IMG/VR virus record: IMGVR_UViG_3300042892_001971
Source of the DNA: an uncultured virus (IMG/VR IMGVR_UViG_3300042892_001971)
Lineage: Duplodnaviria > Heunggongvirae > Uroviricota > Caudoviricetes
Length of the DNA stretch: 64,000 nucleotides
Reading direction: 5' to 3' (one strand)
Shown: positions 57,901 through 64,000 of the stretch, one piece after another
Layout of the letters: each line of letters opens with the position of its first letter
Position numbering within the stretch: position 1 is the stretch's first letter
Notes under the pieces: model-generated
The model's database searches: none
What the model was told of the DNA's origin: nothing
What the model saw: the letters and a program-made list of their open reading frames with translations, nothing else
Made by a program: the position numbers and the translations under genes

Positions 57901-59253
57901 ACCTGTTAGAACATTACCACCTGTAATGTTGCCTGTGGCACTTGCTGTGCCACCTGTGGCTAAATTGCCACCAGTAATTGTGGCTGCTGATGTAATGGTT
58001 GATGTGGCAGAGATCAATCCACCGGTTAGAACATTGCCACCAGTGATGTTACCTGCGGCACTTGCTGTGCCGCCTGTGGCCAAGTTGCCACCTGTGATTG
58101 TAGCCACAGCAGATATCAATCCACCTGTTAGAACATTACCACCTGTGACGTTACCTGTAGCAGATACTGAGTTTCCAGCAGTTATGTCGTTGAATGCGTT
58201 TATACTGTTGGCAGAAAAAATGTTTGCTGTTGCAAGGCCAGTAGCATTAGAAGTTAAACTTTGAGAGCCAAGATAAAGAGTAGTTCCTGATAGATACAAA
58301 TCTTTCCAAAGTTGTCCAGGGCCACCTAAATTATATATTGTATTAGCACTTGGCAACAAATTACCAGTTACGTTACCGGTAATGCTGAAGTTATTTGTTT
58401 CAGTTAATCCATTAGTAATTAAATTACCAGCAGTTATGGTTTGAGCTGAGGTAATAGTTGAAGCAGCTGAAATCAATCCAGCAGTTAGAATGTTTCCACC
58501 AGTTACGTTAGCAGTTGCAGATATCAATCCACCAGTTAGGATGTTTCCACCAGTGACATTACCGCTTGCACTAACAACCGAACCTATTAAATTGTCACCA
58601 ATGATATTGCCAGTTGCGCTTAATAACCCAGTGATGTATTCACCAGTTGTTGCAAACACTGCTACATTACCAGTTCCGCCAATTCCAATGGATACATTAC
58701 CACCTGAGCTGACTACCCGTACATTTGATGTGCCGTTTTGTATGGAAGTGGCATCAATGCCAGTAAGTTGGCTACCATTACCTAAAATGTAGTTTCCGCT
58801 AACATTACCAGTTGCAGAGATCAATCCACCTGTTAGAACATTACCACCTGTAATATTGCCTGACGCACTCACAACACCTGTAACATATTCGCCTGTAGAA
58901 GCCCACTGTATTACGTTACTAGTTCCACCAATGCCTACTGTGATATTGCCATTGGCCACACCAGCATTGATGTTTGATGTACCATTTGAAATATTAGTAA
59001 TGTTTAAATTAGCAGTATTGATACCGGTCAAATAATAACCGTTACCAATGAAAAAGTTAGCACTAGTAATATTACCTGTCACACTGGCAGTAGTGCCTAC
59101 AGTTATAGCACCATTCACAGCAATTGTGTTGGCTGTGATGATATTTGCGGTGGAAAGAATTCTTGTCCAACTGTTTGTAGCAGTGCTGTACTGATACGAT
59201 ACTTGATTAACTACTGTTACTTGTCCATTAGTGGGTGATATTGGAAAGGCCAT
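51916..59253 (-). CDS. Giant repetitive tail fibre (2445 aa) with C-terminal IMC-like domain
   Basis: MAFPISPTNGQ, dozens of ~17-aa GNITGGNILTGGLISAT repeats, DAATKQYVD and YADLAENY...ALTGRVPVKV. Confidence 0.8.
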   Translation of the reverse strand: MAFPISPTNGQVTVVNQVSYQYSTATNSWTRILSTANIITANTIAVNGAITVGTTASVTGNITSANFFIGNGYYLTGINTANLNITNISNGTSNINAGVANGNITVGIGGTSNVIQWASTGEYVTGVVSASGNITGGNVLTGGLISATGNVSGNYILGNGSQLTGIDATSIQNGTSNVRVVSSGGNVSIGIGGTGNVAVFATTGEYITGLLSATGNIIGDNLIGSVVSASGNVTGGNILTGGLISATANVTGGNILTAGLISAASTITSAQTITAGNLITNGLTETNNFSITGNVTGNLLPSANTIYNLGGPGQLWKDLYLSGTTLYLGSQSLTSNATGLATANIFSANSINAFNDITAGNSVSATGNVTGGNVLTGGLISAVATITGGNLATGGTASAAGNITGGNVLTGGLISATSTITSAATITGGNLATGGTASATGNITGGNVLTGGLISAGGAITGTTITGSTLSSTGNVNTVGIVGTGNISTTGNISGNYILGNGSQLTGIDATSIQNGTSNVRVVSSGGNVAIGIGGTSNVAVFATTGEYVTGELSASGNVTGGNVLTGGLISATGNGTFGNISTTGSGGNISGANVISSTTLSATANVVGGNITTAGQVSSVGNITANTGSFFIGNGSQLTGVTASSVDANNLTGNTLSSNVLFSSLTTVGTLTSLSVSGTANATGNITGGNVLTGGLISATGNITSAANVSGGNVLTGGVVSSTGNILTGANVVATANVIGGNISTGGLITATGNVDAGNLRTAGLVSATGNVTGNNITTGGLVTATGNIQGGNLIATTAVVTGNIIGSSAIAVTTTANANIYLQPNGTGNIVLATTFINSVASPVQSTDAATKQYVDDSVSAGLTIHTPVYVESPVNLVATYADGGTTQTVTTISGNKTLTFGSSPALLVNDVIVFSSTTNGITAGTAYFVYSTNGSNQITLSLSHDGTEITTLTNGTGLTIGSRANSGVGATLTNAAANAAIQIDGVTLTSSQRVLVYQQTSAFENGVYTVTAVGNATARWELTRSTDTNTYGPKSTSQLDIGDYFFVQSGDTGAGESYVVTAPTGTIIFGTTNIEFTQFAASQVYTANTSAGLSLIGTVFNAKVDNVSTAFDLNGNIVVKASANLTTPNIGAATGTSLSTTGNIEGGNLLTGGLISSTGTITGSSLIGSVVTASGNVTGGNLITGGLISATSTVTSAANITGANLLTGGLISAVATITGGNLATGGTASATGNITGGNILTGGLVSATGNGIFGNISTSGASGNISGANVISSTTLSATANITGGNVLTGGLISATSTITSAANITGGNILTAGQVSATGNITGNYFFGNGSQLTGIDATSIQNGNSNVRVVSAGGNVAIGIGGTANVAVFATTGEYVTGEFSASGNVTGGNILTGGLVSATGNIVAAGVRNAAANSTITFVAGNAESDSIVLTQVGANIANSVTVKIGESTAAPGVFGLFTTGILDGNGILSSANITQIGNANTWVLAQNIRSNSVVTAVGNVTGGNVLTGGLISATGNITGGNVLTGGLISATGDITGGNLATGGTASATGNITGGNVLTSGLISATANITGGNILTGGLISATSTITSAANITGGNILTGGLISATSTITSAATITGGNLATGGTASAAGNITGGNILTAGQVSATGNVTGNYILGNGSQLTGIDATSIQNGTSNVRVVSSGGNVSIGVGGTGNVAVFATTGEYITGLLSVSGNITAGNVSTAGNAAAGGFLSDNFYYANGAPRTFGITYTASTTPPPGPSIGDQWYNTSTDILYEYTYDGTTNYWVDIVSPAFAAGVVANIAISGSMLVNANATYDIGSASQTFANVYAQYYFGNGSQLTGIDATSIQNGTSNVRVVSSGGNVVTSVGGTSNVMVVSATDVTINGNLTVTGNATLSGNIIGDRVQNGTSQFDIQTANGNANITINGNSNVAVFSEGALTMKGNILPSANITYNLGSSTQRWNDLWLANSTIYIGNAQLSANATALILTNPAGGETVLAGATAGITGATVSATGNITGGNILTGGLISATGNVTGGNLSGTNIVGTLTTASQTNITAVGTLGSLTVTGNATGGNILTGGLISATGNVTGGNIRTGNITITGDLISSLGDTITIDPYNIGNTGHVIINGNLQVNGTTTTINSNVVSTNDLTVNYANNAINSAAANGGGIEVGPIGGAFITWLYNSTSNVWVSSLGISAVGNVTGGNILTGGLISAAGNITGGNILGGANVNATTHTGATVSVTGNVDAGNLRTGGLISATGAITGAAITGSSLTVSTGTITGGNIVNANGNGIGNIGSSSVYFNTVFAKATSAQYADLAENYRADAAYEPGTVLEFGGDEEVTISTTDSSKRVAGVVSTNPAYLMNAGLGGMYIAAVALTGRVPVKVEGPVAKGDLMVSNGNGRARACMDAVPVVGTILGKSLENFTGGEGTIEVVIGKQ

Positions 59254-59306
59254 TCTTTACTCCTGATTAGTACTACTTATGACAGCATAAACAATTTTTT
59301 GCTGCG

Positions 59307-59981
59307 TCATAATGATTTTTGCCATGCCAACCACTCTTCACGAGTCATTGTTTGCGGCACCGTTATTGCTGGTTTTGGTGTTGCGAACACCATTCTTAAC
59401 TGGCTTTCTAGCCATTCTTCACGTGTCATCTTTTGCGGTGCAGCTACCACTGTTTCGGCACCGGGCAATGTTATTTTTAACTGGCTTTCTAGCCATTCTT
59501 CACGTGTCATCGGTGTGTTAGACACCTGTTGCTGTGCTACCCAATGTTGCTGTTCTTTTTCAAAATCCAGCACAGCTCCCTGACGTGCCTGTTCTTCAAA
59601 CCACTGTTCCACTGACAATTTTTCTGGTTCTTCTGTAGGTTGCTGTTGTTTGTTAAACTCGGCCAACTGCTCCGGAGTCATTGTGGGTGCTGGGTATTTT
59701 TCTTTTACAGCACGAATTCTTGCAGACATTTCTGGGGGGAAAACTCCAGCATGATACAGTGCATCCAGCTGTTCTTGAATGGTAGGATACTCTGTAGCAC
59801 GATTTCTGCGGTACTCGTGCCAATCATGTATCATCTGCAGGCGTTGTTGTTCGGCAGCAATTTGCTCGTTAGTTATGGGTGGATTTTCTGGGTTGATCCA
59901 GGTCACTGAATCATCATGCACTGCCACAGATACTTCTGCCCCAGGCACTAGACTTTGTATGGCTTGAATTTTACTGATCAT
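59307..59981 (-). CDS. Tail-fibre assembly/chaperone-like protein with TREEWL repeats
   Basis: YRRNRATEYPTIQEQLDALYH...VKEKYP followed by three MTREEWL repeats. Start MISKIQ at an ATGA overlap. Confidence 0.65.
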   Translation of the reverse strand: MISKIQAIQSLVPGAEVSVAVHDDSVTWINPENPPITNEQIAAEQQRLQMIHDWHEYRRNRATEYPTIQEQLDALYHAGVFPPEMSARIRAVKEKYPAPTMTPEQLAEFNKQQQPTEEPEKLSVEQWFEEQARQGAVLDFEKEQQHWVAQQQVSNTPMTREEWLESQLKITLPGAETVVAAPQKMTREEWLESQLRMVFATPKPAITVPQTMTREEWLAWQKSL

Positions 59982-62065
59982 GGTACGGCAATCTCCATGG
60001 CAATTATCCACATGTTGGAACTGGTCAATGTGCTGGAAGAATTGGATATTTTCTGTTGCATTTTGTAAGTAACAGGTGAAGTGGTACCTGGACTGTCCAA
60101 GTAACTGAATGCCACTGCAGATGATCCACCCACTCCGCCGCCAGCAATGTTAGCACTGTAGTCTTGTATTTGTAACGACGCGGCGGTACGCACCAATTGT
60201 GTACTGGCAGTTAGATTTGCCGCAGCCAATGGAGTAAAACTACTAGTTCCGGTAGCAATAATCAATACCTTGCTGTTGGCACTAGACGGCTGAATAACCA
60301 CGTTGGCCAGTGCAATATCGCTATAACTGGTACCTGTAGTAGCACTACCACCTAGGCTTGTGCTCATTATGGTCTGTACCACAGCACCAGACGGCATGTT
60401 GGATGCAGTCAATCTGTTGTTGGTATAGAGATTTTGTGTGTAAGTGTTGCGGAAATACACAGTGTTGGTGCCAATGTCGTATGTGACATTGGCAACTGGT
60501 ACCAGTGTACCACTAATTGCCACGTTGGCTACCACACCGCCAGCAAATGCAGGGCTTGTAGTATCTACCCAGTATGTGCTGGTTCCGTCATTTATGTATT
60601 CATACAGCACATCGCTGGCAGTGTCGTACCATTGATCTGTAACTTTAGGTGCCGGGCTTGTGGGAGGTGCTGTGTTGGCAGTGTAAATTATGCCTGGTGG
60701 AACTGGAGTTCCGTTGGCATAGTAATAGTAATCTGACAGTATTGCATTGCCGTACACATTGCCTGATGTAGATACTATACCAACAGTTAATATATTGCCG
60801 CCAGTGATGTTACCTGTAGCACTGACTTGACCGCTTGTAGTGATGTTGCCAGTTACACTTTGAGCGCCAGCAACACTTAACAGTTGAGTTGAGTCGTTAA
60901 ACGTAAAGTTGGCGCTGGCACCAAATCCACCAGACCCATCATTGTATTGAATTTGAGTATTAGAGCCAGCTGGTTGTTGGAAATCCCACGCCACACCATT
61001 AGCATGGTACAAGCCATCAGTCAACAAATTGCCAATGGCTGCATTGGCAGTTGTGGTAATATTACTTGTAGAATTGATTACACTAAGCACATTGCCACTT
61101 AGACTCAACCCAGCTGCATTTAAGTTATTGCCAGTTATGTTTCCAGTTGCACTAATCAATCCACCAGTAAGTACATTGCCACCAATAACATTACCAGAGA
61201 CTGATACATTAGATAGTGTACCAACGGATGTTAGACTTGAATATAGTACATTTGAGCTTAAGGTATTGCCAGTCAATGCATTGGCATCTACACTTGATGC
61301 TGTAACCCCAGTTAACTGACTGCCGTTACCAATAAAGTAATTGCCAGTTACGTTGCCTGTTACACTTATCAATCCTGTTGCAGTAATATTTCCTGTTACT
61401 GATGTATTTGCAAGTATTATTACACTGCCGCTGCCATTGGGATCAAATACCAAATCACCATTGGTGTTTAGCGTTGCAATGGTATTACCGGTGATCTGTA
61501 TGTTGCCAATGTTGGCACTGGGTAAATTGGTTACACCAAGTTGCCCTACATATCTGTAACCTGTGATAAAAATACTCTTGCCAGCAGTGAGTGTACTGGG
61601 AATTGTTTCGCCAATGAAGTTTAATACACCTGCTTGAGTATCAAAGAAAAACTCACCAACTCCGCTGATACCCGGAGCAAAGATTTGTGTGCCAGTTACT
61701 GTGGGATCTGCAGCACCAGCGGTATCAACCCAGACTTTGACTGGCCAAGTTGATCCGAATTCTTGAGGTATCCAATATTGTAAATTGGTCAGCCAAGTTG
61801 GGTAGATGCCACCAATGGTAGGAACAGTGTTATCTGCTGTACACTCAATTCTGCTGGTGGTAAGATACCCCTGAGTTACATTTGCTACTACTTGGGCTGT
61901 GCCCGGAATCTGATCAGCTTGAGTCCAAACAATGTCGCCACGCAATAGTGCCGGACTGGCAATACTTTCGTTTGACGCACTCTTCTGCGTGGCAGTGGCT
62001 GTTTTGGCCACGCCTTGTAATTTTTTAAACAGCAGGTCAATATATTGTGCAGTAGAAATTGACAT
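59978..62065 (-). CDS. Tail fibre / baseplate-associated fibre protein
   Basis: G/N/T repeats, GSNTQIQYN, DQWYDT..YWVD module, and a C-terminal DSPGTTSPVTYK...IAMEIA tip domain. Confidence 0.75.
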   Translation of the reverse strand: MSISTAQYIDLLFKKLQGVAKTATATQKSASNESIASPALLRGDIVWTQADQIPGTAQVVANVTQGYLTTSRIECTADNTVPTIGGIYPTWLTNLQYWIPQEFGSTWPVKVWVDTAGAADPTVTGTQIFAPGISGVGEFFFDTQAGVLNFIGETIPSTLTAGKSIFITGYRYVGQLGVTNLPSANIGNIQITGNTIATLNTNGDLVFDPNGSGSVIILANTSVTGNITATGLISVTGNVTGNYFIGNGSQLTGVTASSVDANALTGNTLSSNVLYSSLTSVGTLSNVSVSGNVIGGNVLTGGLISATGNITGNNLNAAGLSLSGNVLSVINSTSNITTTANAAIGNLLTDGLYHANGVAWDFQQPAGSNTQIQYNDGSGGFGASANFTFNDSTQLLSVAGAQSVTGNITTSGQVSATGNITGGNILTVGIVSTSGNVYGNAILSDYYYYANGTPVPPGIIYTANTAPPTSPAPKVTDQWYDTASDVLYEYINDGTSTYWVDTTSPAFAGGVVANVAISGTLVPVANVTYDIGTNTVYFRNTYTQNLYTNNRLTASNMPSGAVVQTIMSTSLGGSATTGTSYSDIALANVVIQPSSANSKVLIIATGTSSFTPLAAANLTASTQLVRTAASLQIQDYSANIAGGGVGGSSAVAFSYLDSPGTTSPVTYKMQQKISNSSSTLTSSNMWIIAMEIAVP

Positions 62066-64000
62066 TTAGTTGCTCGCTGTTTCTAGTGTGAGTGCAGTCA
62101 CACTTTGACCTGATGTAAGAGCTATTCTCACATAAATTTCATTGGTTGCGGTGCTGGAACTGCTGACTGTTCCAAAGGTACATGTTCTACTACTGTTGGT
62201 CACAGATGTATTTACGCTTACTATACCGCCCACTGCACATCCGTCACTGCCATTGCCCGGAGAATTCACACCAGGGTATCCTGCACCACCATAGGCCACT
62301 GCCATATTGATCCAACCATTGGCACCGGAACTGGAATCTATAACTGATCCAGGTAACGCCACCCACATGCCAGCAATTGTTCCTGTGTACTTGATGTCAA
62401 ACTTAGACACCGCAGTACGCACAAATTTCATTGTGAAGTACTGTGTTCCTGAGCGTCCTGCACTCAAGTTTGGACCTGCTGGCAAATAGCCACTGGCGTA
62501 GTTGGTTTGATCGTGTTTGAGTACGCCACTTGATCCTGACCCAACCACCGTGGCGTCATAAGTTTGTAGAGTGCTAGATTGGCTGTTAAATGCTGCTTCA
62601 GAGCCTGTGTAGGCAGGAGTGTTTCCTGTGCCAGGATTTACAATTCGATAAGCATTACCTGATCCTGTGCCAATTGTGGTGTTGATCACCACGTTGCTTT
62701 CTTCTATGGCTGTGGCTGTTCCGGATTTCCACAACACAGTGTTGCCCAAAGCAGCGGTCAGTGTCAGTGTACCAGTTGAATAACTGTTGTTTACCGTCAT
62801 GCTTGGACCAGTTGAGCTGCCACCAAATCCTGTTGTGACACTGGATGTGGTGTTAGCACTGGCGCTTGCAAAAGAATTCAGTACGTTGCTGCCAATGTTT
62901 GATCCGCTATAGGTAATTGCTGTAGGTGCCGCAAATGCACCGCCTGATGATCCAGATGCCAATGTGTTAGAAGTAGGATAAGTGTTGCCACTTATGTTGG
63001 CCACATTAAACGCAATGGTAAAGTTGTTGTTATTGGTATAGTGAGGAATAGTGCTACTATACAACAAGTTGGCTGACCCCGGAGGTGTCATTGTGGTTGA
63101 ACTAAAACTTGGTGCAGACGGACTTGAATTGTCATAGTACCACACTGTGGTATTGGTGTTGCCTGTACTGCTATCAGCAATGTACAATTCATTCCAGCCC
63201 GCTGGAGCAGATGCCCCACTTACTCTTGAAGAAAACACATACCAGAATCCTGCTGTGATATTGGCGTTGGCTGAATTATAATCAAAGTTGTTGCTAATTA
63301 CCAAGTTACTGCCATAGGTACCATTGGCCGACGGACTAGCGTTGGTGTTAAGAGTTACATTTCCTACGTTACTACCATTACGAACTGCGGTGATTGTGCC
63401 TGAATCGCCAGGGCCAACGTTGGCTATGGTGTTGGTTGCGTAGGTCGCTACTCTTAACACATTGGCTACTGAAGTACCAGCAGCTACTGATCGGTTGGCC
63501 CCAGGTGTGTTGTCCACCTGTGTGATGTTGGCCATGCGGTAAGTTGTGATACCAGACAATGAAAGTGTGTTAGCACCTGGAAAGTTAGGCGGAGACGGTG
63601 GAACTAATTTTCCTAAAACTTGATTGAGCAATGCTAATCCATTCGTTACTGTTGTTGCGGTAGTCAATGTCACGGCGTTGCTTACCAATGCACCAGCTGT
63701 GTTAGTGCCCATGTTGACATTGTTGCCAAGTATGCCAGTCAATTGCAGGCCGTTGCCCAAAATGTAATCACCGGTGATATTACCAGTTGCACTTACTATA
63801 CCAGCAGTAAGTATATTTCCACCAGTAATGTTAGCAGCAGAAGTAATAGTCGACGTGGCACTAATCAATCCACCGGTAGTTAAATTACCACCAATCACAT
63901 TGGCAGTAGCACTAACTTCACCAACAGTAGTAATGTTACCACCAATCACATTGGCAGTGGCACTAATGGTTGTTCCGGAGATCACGTTGGCACCAGAAAT
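62066..64000 (-). CDS. Large virion structural or fibre protein (5' end outside the window)
   Basis: Frame is open to the window edge; same GNxxGGN repeats followed by S/T/G/N-rich beta domains. Confidence 0.75.
   Translation of the reverse strand: MSGANVISGTTISATANVIGGNITTVGEVSATANVIGGNLTTGGLISATSTITSAANITGGNILTAGIVSATGNITGDYILGNGLQLTGILGNNVNMGTNTAGALVSNAVTLTTATTVTNGLALLNQVLGKLVPPSPPNFPGANTLSLSGITTYRMANITQVDNTPGANRSVAAGTSVANVLRVATYATNTIANVGPGDSGTITAVRNGSNVGNVTLNTNASPSANGTYGSNLVISNNFDYNSANANITAGFWYVFSSRVSGASAPAGWNELYIADSSTGNTNTTVWYYDNSSPSAPSFSSTTMTPPGSANLLYSSTIPHYTNNNNFTIAFNVANISGNTYPTSNTLASGSSGGAFAAPTAITYSGSNIGSNVLNSFASASANTTSSVTTGFGGSSTGPSMTVNNSYSTGTLTLTAALGNTVLWKSGTATAIEESNVVINTTIGTGSGNAYRIVNPGTGNTPAYTGSEAAFNSQSSTLQTYDATVVGSGSSGVLKHDQTNYASGYLPAGPNLSAGRSGTQYFTMKFVRTAVSKFDIKYTGTIAGMWVALPGSVIDSSSGANGWINMAVAYGGAGYPGVNSPGNGSDGCAVGGIVSVNTSVTNSSRTCTFGTVSSSSTATNEIYVRIALTSGQSVTALTLETASN

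Noticed and set aside
47019..61559. Many plus-strand ORFs rich in LPPV/PVA repeats (e.g. 56885..57766, 55271..55993)
   Set aside because: They are antisense shadows of the repetitive Gly/Asn/Thr fibre genes, with no independent RBS or promoter.
46082..64000. Possible diversity-generating retroelement or CRISPR array among the repeats
   Set aside because: No reverse transcriptase or cas gene is in the window, the repeats are in-frame coding, and I saw no adenine-specific template/variable pair or repeat-spacer periodicity.
1..64000. Alternative genetic code (stop-codon reassignment)
   Set aside because: Core genes are full length in the standard code, and TAA, TGA and TAG (e.g. 4146) all end genes at sensible boundaries.
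1..64000. tRNA or rRNA genes
   Set aside because: Intergenic gaps are short, and none showed a cloverleaf with a T-loop GTTCRA by eye. tRNAscan-SE would confirm.

Overview
This window is a gene-dense segment of a large T4-like (myovirus, jumbo-type) phage genome, mostly on the minus strand and read in the standard genetic code. From left to right: (1) a partial UvsW helicase and an early-gene module in which almost every small gene has its own near-identical sigma70 promoter; (2) a ~10 kb glycan-synthesis island with 3 GT-A-like glycosyltransferases, 4 paralogous capsule-synthesis-like GT-B proteins, 4 SAM methyltransferases, a GT10-like protein and a cytidylyltransferase-cupin fusion; (3) uvsY/uvsX/gp32; (4) a head and packaging region with the large terminase, a radical SAM + 2OG-Fe(II) oxygenase pair, a secreted nuclease, and candidate internal head proteins carrying T4-like capsid-targeting N-termini and many x-x-E protease-type sites; (5) gp4, tail tube, tail sheath, dNMP kinase, an exonuclease, gp13, gp14, gp15 and a Nudix hydrolase; (6) ~18 kb of G/N/T/S-rich repetitive tail-fibre genes. 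The most notable unexplained signals are a 3'-UTR hairpin whose loop is antisense to the ribosome-binding site of the AAA-ATPase gene in the same operon, cassette-built head polyproteins, a possible virion glycosylation system, and widespread leaderless genes. All functional calls come from motif recognition by eye; no database searches were run. I saw no tRNA, rRNA, CRISPR array or transposase.
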